Assembly (NCBI GenBank): GCA_051746405.1 | Contig: JBNJFB010000060.1 | Span: 1 to 13,225, forward strand | Reading direction: 5' to 3' | DNA: 13,225 bases | Source of the DNA: Campylobacterota bacterium | GTDB taxonomy: Bacteria; Campylobacterota; Campylobacteria; Campylobacterales; Arcobacteraceae | Part shown: positions 5,212 through 13,225 of the stretch, piece by piece | Layout of the letters: every line of letters starts with the position of its first letter | How positions within the stretch are numbered: position 1 is the first letter of the stretch | The notes under the pieces: model-generated | Seen by the model: the letters and a program-made list of their open reading frames with translations, nothing else | Databases searched by the model: none | Told to the model about the DNA's origin: nothing | Translations under genes and position numbers: made by a program

Positions 5212-8166
5212 CTTTCTATTTAGTTTTGTATTTACAACTGCCACATCATTTAGTGAACTAAACAGGCTGCCTGTAATATCTTCGATATCTTTTGCTTTAT
5301 CTTTTAGCTCATCATTACTAGCTTTTGAAGCATTTAGTCTAATTAACTCTTGCATTAATTTATGGAATTTCTGCTTTCTTTGCTTTAACTTTTTCCACTC
5401 ATTTGAGTTTGTAAACAGTCTATTTTCATTTTCACACTGCTGTATCCACTCTCCAAGTTCTGTTTGTAGTGAGCCTTTTACATCTATATACTCAAACTTA
5501 TTTAAATCTTTATAATACTCTTTTTTGAAATTTATATTATTATTTTTATATCTGGAAATATCTTGAATTAAGTCTATGTCATCAACCATATCATAATATT
5601 TCTCATTTATAGTTGCTTTTGAAGTAATCCCTAATAGTCTTGAAGATAGTGATGCAACTTCATTTGAAAGATTCCCAATATCAGAAGATGTTGAAGCATT
5701 CTCTTGGGTCATTTTATCTAGGTTTGCAATTGCATCATTGATTTGTAGCATTCCTGTTTCTTGCTCTTTTATTGCACCACTTACACTATCAATTATTGTT
5801 TTTGTATCTACTATTTTTGAAGATAACTCATCATAACCTTTTATCATATTAGTTGCTATTTGCTTACCCTCTTTTGACTTTGATGTGGCATCCTCTACAA
5901 GCTGTTTAATACTATGAGCAGCTTCAGCACTTCTATTTGCTAGGTTTCTAACCTCTTGTGCTACAACTGCAAAACCTTTTCCAGCTTCACCTGCGGTTGC
6001 TGCTTCTACTGCTGCATTTAAACTTAGAATATTTGTTTGAAATGCTATTTTATCAATAACACCAATTGCTTCATTTATAGCACTTACTTTATCATTAATC
6101 TCTTCCATAGAACTAGAAGTTTCATTCGCAAGCTCATTTCCTGTAATGGCAGAACTATTTAACTCATCAGATATATTTAACATCTTCTCTACATCACTAC
6201 TACTTGATTTCATATTTGCTGTGATTTGCTCAACTGATGCTGCTGTTTCTTCCAATGAAGCTGCTTGATGATTTGCACTTTGTGATAGGTTTTGTGAAGA
6301 TTTACTTAAAACTATTGTATTTGATTCTAACTCTTTTCCTGCATTAGTAATCATAGCTATTAATTGAGATATGGACTGTCCTAATAAAACAGACCCCGCA
6401 AAAAGAGTTCCAAAGTCTCCATATAAACCATCTTTTTGTTCTCCTTTTAATCTTGTATTATACTCCCCTTTAGCGTACCCATCTAATATTTTATTAATAT
6501 TTGTAACTTTATTATTTGTATTTAAAATCATACTATTTATACTTACTCTTAGTGATTCTACTTCTTGTGTTGCACCTTTTTGATTTATCTGATACTGCAA
6601 GAAACCATTTGAGATTTTCCCTGTAATATCTTCTAATTCATAAACAACTTTTCTATCTTGTTCAATTATTGACTTTATTTTTATGATTTGTTTATTCATA
6701 TCCTCTGTCATATTCGCAAACTCATCGCTACCTTTTACTTCCATTTGACTTAAATCATCTTTTTGCCTAATCACATAAGAGAAGAAATCTTCTAATCCTT
6801 GCTTAAAATCATTTAATGAGTTTACAATATTTTTAGTCATCATAAGTACAGATATAAGCAATAAAATAAAAATTAGTATTATTATAGATATGATAGTTAT
6901 AAATTCACTATTTATTTTTGAAGTTTTTGAAGCTATAAGGCTATTTAGATTTTGTACAACTGATTGCTGAAGCTTTTTTAACTGCTCAATTCTATTAAAA
7001 GAGACCCTATCCCAAAGCTTCACATCTCCTCCAAAAATTGTTTTTGATAGTCTATTTAATGAATCTATAGCTTTTTTATCATCTACAGTGATATAATCTC
7101 TTATCTCTTTTATTGTTTTATTGTTATTCTTTAAACCCTTTATCTCTGAAGCATAAAACAGATAGTTATCAAATACTCTTTGTATATTTTTTAAAAGTTG
7201 TTTTTCCTCTTTTGATACATCACCAAATCTTTTATATCTTCTTAGTTTTCTTAAGACAGATACGTGATTTTGCTCAAACTTCTTTAAATAGCTTCTATCT
7301 CCTGTTATTAAATAGTCCTTAAAGTTATGAATCAAACCTCCATAACCTGCAAGCTCTCTTATTTCTGAAAGTAATGCATCTTTGTTATTTTTATCTATTA
7401 TTAATCTTCTAAGTTTTTTTACTTTTTTATTAGTATTTGACTCTTTAAACTTTTTATACTCTTCTTTTAACTCTTGTGTAGAAATAACATTTTCTAATGT
7501 ATCCAAATAGGTATTTTGTGATGCAACTAATGAACTAAAGTTATAGAAATCTTCACTTGTGATTCTAACCTTTGTAAAAATATCTTTTAATACAAGTGAT
7601 TCATTATATGCTTTTTCTTTAGTGTTTTGTATTGATACATAAGCTTCTGAGTATTTAGAGATATCTGCACTACCTGAAAAGGTAACTAACTCATCAAAAA
7701 AAGATAATAGACTATTTACAATATTTGAATAATACTGATTTACATCATCAACTCTTAATTGTGTCTTTTTTATTTTATTTCTTATTTTTTCTAAGTTCTC
7801 TAACTGCTCTTGTAATTTTTTTAACTTTTTATTTACAAACTCTCCATACTCTTTAGTTTCATTTTTTTTAATAAACTCTTTATATCTATTTAAGCTTTTA
7901 TTAGTAGTTTCAATTTGTGAAAACAGTTCATTTTTAAAACTATTACCATATGAGCTTATATAGTTTAAAGAGTAGTACCTCTCTTTTTGGATATTGTCTA
8001 ATAATATATTCATTTTTTCACTAAAAACAATATAGTTTTGTGTTTTATTCATATTTACTTTTAGTTCATACTTACTATAAAGAAAGTTTGCTGCAAGTAC
8101 CAATATAAATATTACAGGTAGTACTAATATAAGTAAAATTTTATTTTGTAATTTAAGTTTGTTCAT
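5206..8166 (-). CDS. Methyl-accepting chemotaxis protein (TM - NIT-like periplasmic domain with insertion - TM - HAMP region - MCP signalling domain - CZB-like tail), 986 aa
   Basis: Canonical hairpin [61 protein letters not shown] methylation helix; TMs at about aa 10-30 and 422-443; NIT-like IQKER and WxxxSxxRIxxL motifs. Confidence 0.95.
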   Translation of the reverse strand: MNKLKLQNKILLILVLPVIFILVLAANFLYSKYELKVNMNKTQNYIVFSEKMNILLDNIQKERYYSLNYISSYGNSFKNELFSQIETTNKSLNRYKEFIKKNETKEYGEFVNKKLKKLQEQLENLEKIRNKIKKTQLRVDDVNQYYSNIVNSLLSFFDELVTFSGSADISKYSEAYVSIQNTKEKAYNESLVLKDIFTKVRITSEDFYNFSSLVASQNTYLDTLENVISTQELKEEYKKFKESNTNKKVKKLRRLIIDKNNKDALLSEIRELAGYGGLIHNFKDYLITGDRSYLKKFEQNHVSVLRKLRRYKRFGDVSKEEKQLLKNIQRVFDNYLFYASEIKGLKNNNKTIKEIRDYITVDDKKAIDSLNRLSKTIFGGDVKLWDRVSFNRIEQLKKLQQSVVQNLNSLIASKTSKINSEFITIISIIILIFILLLISVLMMTKNIVNSLNDFKQGLEDFFSYVIRQKDDLSQMEVKGSDEFANMTEDMNKQIIKIKSIIEQDRKVVYELEDITGKISNGFLQYQINQKGATQEVESLRVSINSMILNTNNKVTNINKILDGYAKGEYNTRLKGEQKDGLYGDFGTLFAGSVLLGQSISQLIAMITNAGKELESNTIVLSKSSQNLSQSANHQAASLEETAASVEQITANMKSSSSDVEKMLNISDELNSSAITGNELANETSSSMEEINDKVSAINEAIGVIDKIAFQTNILSLNAAVEAATAGEAGKGFAVVAQEVRNLANRSAEAAHSIKQLVEDATSKSKEGKQIATNMIKGYDELSSKIVDTKTIIDSVSGAIKEQETGMLQINDAIANLDKMTQENASTSSDIGNLSNEVASLSSRLLGITSKATINEKYYDMVDDIDLIQDISRYKNNNINFKKEYYKDLNKFEYIDVKGSLQTELGEWIQQCENENRLFTNSNEWKKLKQRKQKFHKLMQELIRLNASKASNDELKDKAKDIEDITGSLFSSLNDVAVVNTKLNRKS

Positions 8167-8341
8167 CTATTAACTCCAAGCTATTTTTGTAAATATATAT
8201 AAAGTACAATAAATAAACTATTAAGAGTTATTTTTTGTAATCAAAATGTAATATAAGTCTAAATTTTATAATATAATAATTATAGTAAGTGTTTATAAAA
8301 TAAATTTTATAGATTTTTAAGGGGCTTATGTATAATTATAG

Positions 8342-8375
8342 AAAATAAGATAATCAAATTAAATTATCTTATTTT
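8342..8375 (-). terminator. Inverted repeat just downstream of the flavin reductase gene, probable terminator
   Basis: 13-bp perfect stem AAAATAAGATAAT (8342-8354) / ATTATCTTATTTT (8363-8375), 8-nt loop, 12 nt past the stop; very AT-rich so weak. Confidence 0.5.
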
Positions 8376-8387
8376 ACTATTTATAAA

Positions 8388-8957
8388 TTATTTATCTAAA
8401 TCTACCATCTTTTTAAAGTATGTTCCACATCTTCCAATATTATCAATATCAACATGAAATCTATCAGTTAAACGTCCATCTTCTAAGTACTGTTTTTTAA
8501 CTTCAAGTATAATAGGAGTAGTTTTACTTGGTATATCAACCACATCATAATAGTCACAAAAAAGTGCACTTTTAGTTGATGAAATCATTGCAGGATAATC
8601 TTCAAGTATTTTTGCTGTTTGTATATCATACTCTTCTATCTCACTTTGATTTTTATCCAATGCATTTGCACACTGTTTAACCACAGCTGCATTATCTTCA
8701 TTTACAAAACATATAGTTGCTTTTTTATGTTTAAAGATATTTGCCTTTGAATCCTTTGGCACTCCCTCTTGCTTTTGCCCAATAGCAACTATTACAAGTG
8801 CTGGATTAGTAGAAATAGGTATAAAGTATGAAAATGGAGCTGCATTTACTACTCCATCATCTTCTGTGACTAACCATGCAATTGGTCTTGGGGTAACTGT
8901 ATCTGACATTATTTTATATCTATTTAAGTCGTTTATGTCTTTGTAGTCTAATATCAT
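8388..8957 (-). CDS. Flavin reductase family protein (DIM6/NTAB-like)
   Basis: YKIMSDTVTPRPIAWLVT...GVVNAAPFSYF...KDSKANI motifs. Start placed at the second ATG (8957): the AAGGA RBS abuts the first ATG (8963) but lies 6 nt before the second. Confidence 0.9.
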   Translation of the reverse strand: MILDYKDINDLNRYKIMSDTVTPRPIAWLVTEDDGVVNAAPFSYFIPISTNPALVIVAIGQKQEGVPKDSKANIFKHKKATICFVNEDNAAVVKQCANALDKNQSEIEEYDIQTAKILEDYPAMISSTKSALFCDYYDVVDIPSKTTPIILEVKKQYLEDGRLTDRFHVDIDNIGRCGTYFKKMVDLDK

Positions 8958-9022
8958 TTGCATTCCTTATTTTTAAGATTAATATACTAAATTGTAACTA
9001 AATAATCAAATCAAAAAATATA

Positions 9023-10177
9023 CTAATTGTTTTTTTTCAGCTTTGTTTTTAGACTTGCATTTATATTTTTAAGTGCATTATTTTGATTTTCTATTCTAAA
9101 TCTATACTTTTTAAATATTTGATTTAATTTATATGACATAAAAATAGAAGCAATAGCTGCTAAAATCCATACAAATAAAGATACTAAAACTGCATTTGTA
9201 ATAAGCTCTTTTTTCAGTTTTAACTCTTTTTGAATCTTTTGCTTTAGTTTGCTATCAAAATCTTCTATTTCTAAACTAACACCTATAATATAATCCCAGT
9301 AATCTATATAATCAAATATATATAGTTTATAACTATTTTTCTTATTTATATTATTATCAAAATAGTATTTATAACTTTTATTTCTAATTTTTAGTTTTGA
9401 TTTATCTTGATATGTTTTTACTATCTTTAGTAAATTATCATCTAATTTAATATTTTTATTAGTTTTTTGTATAAATTTTAGATTTTCATCAAGTGTAAAA
9501 ATAGCTGTCTTATTTGAAATCTGCATAAGATTTAATCTACTTAAGACTTCACTTTTAGTTATATGTTGAATATTATCTAGTGACATTTTATAAATAAGTA
9601 TTCTGTTTTTATCTTTAAAGTTTTTAATATATGCTAATTCAATTCTTTTTTGCTCTTTACTACTACTTTTATTTTCATTAAATAGAATAAAACCTTCAGT
9701 TCTGTTTTTTACAAGTTCATTAAACTTTTCAATAAAACCCACATTTGAATAGATAAAACTATTACTTTTAGGTTGAACTTTATCTATAGCTTTTCTATTT
9801 TTATAACTATAAATATAAAAATTACCTCTAAAGCTACTATCAATCTTAGATAAAAAGGCAAGTTGATTTTCTAGTTTTTTATACTTTGGCTTATGAAGTT
9901 GCTTATAAACAAAGTTGAAATTCTTTTCAACCTCACTTTTTAAAATATTTATAGAAGTAGCTTTTTTAAACTTTATATATGAATCAATTGAATCAACTAT
10001 AGTTGTAAGTCTATCTTGCTCTTTTTTAATAAACTCTTTTTTCTGTTTTGTGTAGTTATTTTCAAATCTATCATAAATAGTTTCTAAATTAAAAATTGTA
10101 ATAATTAATATACTAATAGTAACTATAGTTATAGGAACTATATAGATTAGTTTTGATAGCTCTTTATCTTTTAACAT
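9023..10177 (-). CDS. Membrane sensor-like protein with periplasmic Cache-type domain and no cytoplasmic output domain (384 aa)
   Basis: N-terminal TM (LIYIVPITIVTISILIITIF); Cache-like motifs (NFYIYSY, EGFILF, LAYIKNF, YWDYIIGVSL); second TM (AVLVSLFVWILAAIASIFM); short coiled-coil tail, then stop. Confidence 0.7.
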   Translation of the reverse strand: MLKDKELSKLIYIVPITIVTISILIITIFNLETIYDRFENNYTKQKKEFIKKEQDRLTTIVDSIDSYIKFKKATSINILKSEVEKNFNFVYKQLHKPKYKKLENQLAFLSKIDSSFRGNFYIYSYKNRKAIDKVQPKSNSFIYSNVGFIEKFNELVKNRTEGFILFNENKSSSKEQKRIELAYIKNFKDKNRILIYKMSLDNIQHITKSEVLSRLNLMQISNKTAIFTLDENLKFIQKTNKNIKLDDNLLKIVKTYQDKSKLKIRNKSYKYYFDNNINKKNSYKLYIFDYIDYWDYIIGVSLEIEDFDSKLKQKIQKELKLKKELITNAVLVSLFVWILAAIASIFMSYKLNQIFKKYRFRIENQNNALKNINASLKTKLKKNN

Positions 10178-10195
10178 GATTTTATAAAGTAGTTA

Positions 10196-10420
10196 TTAAA
10201 GTTTAAATTCATTTTCAACTTCTTTTGCTTGAAGTTCACCTTTTAAACTCAAACTACTATCGGATATAAAACCCTCTTTTTTTAAACCTTTTAAAAGTCG
10301 CTTTCCCTCTTTTAGATTAAAAAGCCCATTACTCTCTAATTTTATAACTATATCAATTAGAGTTTCATCCTCATCTTTTTTATATATTCCCAAAAGCAAA
10401 ACTTTTTCATTTATATCCAT
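10196..10420 (-). CDS. Small hypothetical protein (74 aa), possibly winged-helix-like
   Basis: ATG overlaps the MFS remnant stop by 10 nt; EGKRLLKGLKKEGFI...LSLKG resembles a wHTH recognition helix and wing. Confidence 0.7.
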   Translation of the reverse strand: MDINEKVLLLGIYKKDEDETLIDIVIKLESNGLFNLKEGKRLLKGLKKEGFISDSSLSLKGELQAKEVENEFKL

Positions 10421-11029
10421 TCTCTAATCCTTGTAAAATAAAAAGCAAAAATAAAAAACCCTATTCCTAAAAGTATTGTAATTATATCAAGTGAAGTTAA
10501 ACTAGCCATTAAACCTATAAAAAGGGTTGTAAGAACACATGATATCATAAAAAACATATCATTATAAGAAATCACTCTTCCTAAATACTCTTTATCACAC
10601 TTTTCTTGAAGCATTGAGTAGGTTATTGACCATAAAAGTGTAGTAAAAAGTCCTGTTGAGAAAATAAATATAAGTGATAAATAGAAATTAAACTGTGTAA
10701 GTTGTGTTTATTAAAATACCTTGATAAAAAAACAGGTGCTATCATCAAAGCTACTGCTCTTATTGCATTTGATATTCCAATAGAAGTAGAAGCATTAATG
10801 ATTTTATCTTAAACCTATCAATTATTGCACCTGAGAAAGGTGCAATTAAAACAGCAGGTAAAAAGTGCATAGCAGTTACTACTGCAATTGCAAACTCAGT
10901 TGAACCAAATTTTACAAGCATTGTATATATTGCTACATTTGAGAACCAAGCTCCAAAATATGCAATTATTTGAACAAGTGAAAGTTGTCTTATAACCTTA
11001 TGTTTTCTAAAAAGCTCACGATAATTCAA
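10411..11029 (-). pseudogene. MFS transporter pseudogene in three reading frames with two internal deletions
   Basis: Fragment 1 (11029 to ~10790): QIIAYFGAWFSNVAIY...APFSGAIIDRF (MFS motif A). Fragment 2 in another frame (~10784-10698): SIGISNAIRAVALMIAPVFLSRYFNKHNL. Fragment 3 in the third frame (~10698-10411): TQFNFYLSLIFIFSTGLFTTLLWSITYSMLQEKCDKEYLGRVISYNDM. Total 619 nt versus about 1.2 kb for a 12-TM MFS. Confidence 0.88.
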
Positions 11030-12725
11030 TAGATATTAAAACCTCTTGATACATTGCACTATAAGACTCTTCATCATCTATATTTGGTGTTAAATAGTTT
11101 ACAAATCTATTCCCCGCATAAAAAAATGCACAGTTTGATTTTATATCATCACTAATCTTAACTTTAAAGTTTGCACTTCCATATTTTGAAGAGATAACTA
11201 CCTCATCATCTTGATTAAATTTTGTTTGACTATTTAAATATACAAAATCATCAGCAAAGAACTGTGAGTTTATTGATTTTTCATTTTTTGCTGTTATTAA
11301 GTAATAGTTGTCTTTAGTTTTTTTCTTATGTAAAGGCTCTATTTCAACATCTTCTATAAACTCAAACTCTTCAAAGTTTTCAAACTCAACTCTATTATTA
11401 ATATAGTAATCAATTACTTCATTCTCATCTTTTAATTTTTCATAATCAAACTTATCTATTAAAAATGAAGCTAACTTATACTCACTAATTGTATTTTCAT
11501 TTGGTTTTCTTACAGCCTGTGAAACTGCAATATACTCATGTCCATATGATAATCTAACATCTTTTTTACTCAAAAAATCACTTGATGGAATAATCAAATT
11601 GGCATATTTGCAAGTTTCATTGTAAGTTGTTCCAAAATATACTACAAAACTATTTTCTAAACCATCTTTTACAAACTCTGTATTTGGTGCTGATACAACA
11701 GGATTAGCCCCTTGAATAAATACCAAATCATACTTAGAAAAATCAACACTAGCAACTGAGACTTTTTTATTTTTTGCTTTGTGTTCAAACTGTTTTTCAT
11801 ATCCATAATTAGAATCAGAACTATACCAAACTCCACCTTGATTTTGTTTATGAACACCTAAAAAAGTAGCAAAAGAATCAATGCACCTCATAATTTGGGC
11901 ACCTTCAAAATATTTTTGTACTCCTACTCCTAAAACAAAAGATACCTTTTTATTTTCAATAATATCAAAGAACTCATAGGCTTCATCTAAACTAACACCT
12001 GTAGTCTCTTCATAAGATACAAGGGGTCTATTTTTTGCAACATCAAAAAACCAATCATGCCCTTGAGTATTATCTTCTAAATACTGTTCATCATCTAATC
12101 TATTCATAAAAGCAAGTCGCGTTAGATATAGTGCCAACTCATAATCACTCTTTGGATTTAGTTGCATATGAAGTTTTGATTTTTTTGCAATTGTAGTTTT
12201 GATAGGATCAATTGTAATAAATGTTTTATCTTTTACTAACTCATACATATGCTTTGATGTAACTGTAAAGTTTCTACCCCATACAACTATTACATCCGAA
12301 TCTATTAAGTCTTCAATTGGTGGGTTTTGAACACTACCTCGCCCCTGTTCAATCCCTAAAGCTCCTGCCCCATCACATAAACTACCTTTAGTTAATACAC
12401 TCCCATGTTTTGCAAAAAAGTTTTTTACTGCACTTTGCATAACACCTAAATTTCCACTACCCTTATAAAATAGTGTCTTATCATTTGGTATATCATTTAA
12501 CTTTTGTTCTAAAATCTCCAGTGATTTATCCAAAGAGACAACTTCTTCTTGATAGTATGATTTTTCTAATTTCTCTTGCTTTAATAAGTTTGCAAAATTT
12601 ACACAAAGCTTTTTATTTGTAACTAGATTTTCAATACTACCTTTAATATTATCATCTACCTCATAAGCTTGACATGTATCATAACAATCCAAAGGACAGG
12701 CTACTTTTTTACTATCTAAACTCAA
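11016..12725 (-). CDS. Molybdopterin-dependent oxidoreductase (DMSO reductase superfamily, substrate unknown), 569 aa
   Basis: N-terminal CPLDCYDTC...LC 4Fe-4S motif; GSLCDGAG candidate Mo-ligand Cys; VIVVWGRN, IDPIKT, IQGANPVVSAPN and ETCKYANLIIP motifs; C-terminal dinucleotide-binding domain; TTG start; no Tat signal. Confidence 0.9.
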   Translation of the reverse strand: MSLDSKKVACPLDCYDTCQAYEVDDNIKGSIENLVTNKKLCVNFANLLKQEKLEKSYYQEEVVSLDKSLEILEQKLNDIPNDKTLFYKGSGNLGVMQSAVKNFFAKHGSVLTKGSLCDGAGALGIEQGRGSVQNPPIEDLIDSDVIVVWGRNFTVTSKHMYELVKDKTFITIDPIKTTIAKKSKLHMQLNPKSDYELALYLTRLAFMNRLDDEQYLEDNTQGHDWFFDVAKNRPLVSYEETTGVSLDEAYEFFDIIENKKVSFVLGVGVQKYFEGAQIMRCIDSFATFLGVHKQNQGGVWYSSDSNYGYEKQFEHKAKNKKVSVASVDFSKYDLVFIQGANPVVSAPNTEFVKDGLENSFVVYFGTTYNETCKYANLIIPSSDFLSKKDVRLSYGHEYIAVSQAVRKPNENTISEYKLASFLIDKFDYEKLKDENEVIDYYINNRVEFENFEEFEFIEDVEIEPLHKKKTKDNYYLITAKNEKSINSQFFADDFVYLNSQTKFNQDDEVVISSKYGSANFKVKISDDIKSNCAFFYAGNRFVNYLTPNIDDEESYSAMYQEVLISIELS

Positions 12726-13225
12726 TTTTTACTAACCTTGAGAACTTTTTTACATTATCTAAAACTAATCTTACTTTATATGAAGATATATGAGAAGAGT
12801 CTGCAACTTGATAAACTTTATCAATCTTTATATCACTTTTTTTACCATCAATATAAATATCACTCTTTTTAACCTCATCTATTTTGTCAATAGGAATAAA
12901 AAGTTCTAATTTTCCCTTTGATAAATCACTAGCTTCATATAGTAAGGTCCCAGGGTTTACATAATCACCTCTATTAACTGCTATGTTTGAAATATAGTTT
13001 GATTTTTCAGTTAATTTTTTATTTGAAATAGTATCTTTTAGTGTCTCAATTTTAGTAATTAAATCTGCTTTATTACTTTGTAAATTAACAACCTTTAACT
13101 TCTGTGCATCTTTTTCAAACTCTGACTTTGAAGATACTTGATTTAATCTCTCATAATTTTTCTGTTCAATTTCAATCATTTTATTTGTATAAGACAACTT
13201 CTGCTTTGAGTACTTTAAATCAATC
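12712..13225 (-). CDS. HlyD/membrane-fusion-type periplasmic adaptor protein, C-terminal part (5'-truncated by the window edge)
   Basis: The frame stays open to the right edge (IDLKYSKQKLSYTNKM...). Coiled-coil hairpin followed by lipoyl-like YISNIAVNRGDYVNPGTLLYEASDLS and a beta-barrel segment. Confidence 0.8.
   Translation of the reverse strand, partial: IDLKYSKQKLSYTNKMIEIEQKNYERLNQVSSKSEFEKDAQKLKVVNLQSNKADLITKIETLKDTISNKKLTEKSNYISNIAVNRGDYVNPGTLLYEASDLSKGKLELFIPIDKIDEVKKSDIYIDGKKSDIKIDKVYQVADSSHISSYKVRLVLDNVKKFSRLVKIEFR

Noticed and set aside
6371..7322. Plus-strand ORFs 6371-6583 and 7113-7322
   Set aside because: Short antisense ORFs inside the MCP gene with no recognisable motifs.
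8294..8311. Palindrome TATAAAAT-AA-ATTTTATA
   Set aside because: Pure A/T in an extremely AT-rich spacer; expected by chance.
10411..10614. 67-aa ORF (and 89-aa ORF 10760-11029) as independent genes
   Set aside because: They are the C- and N-terminal fragments of one deleted MFS gene.
11669..11857. 62-aa minus-strand ORF
   Set aside because: Off-frame overlap inside the molybdopterin oxidoreductase.

Overview
AT-rich bacterial window whose gene content suggests Campylobacterota, probably Arcobacteraceae (inferred). The main feature is missing from the ORF track: one uninterrupted minus-strand CDS from ATG 4100 off the left edge (>1366 aa). It encodes a secreted modular adhesin-like protein: signal peptide, 8 ELWxxDGT repeats, an Ig/cadherin-like domain, a He_PIG-like Ig domain split by an inserted 6-blade NHL propeller, a cadherin domain and more Ig-like units. 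Its stalk carries about 16 extended N-glycosylation sequons and its head is GC-richer than the rest of the window. To its right are a divergent DUF5718-like gene with FAH-superfamily motifs and a 986-aa chemoreceptor (split, degenerate NIT domain; CZB-like tail lacking most Zn ligands). Next come a flavin reductase and a Cache-type sensor with no output domain. The window ends with an overlapping minus-strand cluster: HlyD-like adaptor (partial), molybdopterin oxidoreductase, MFS pseudogene with two internal deletions, and a 74-aa hypothetical. No rRNA, tRNA, CRISPR array, transposase or reverse transcriptase was seen. Domain calls come from motif recognition by eye, not database searches.
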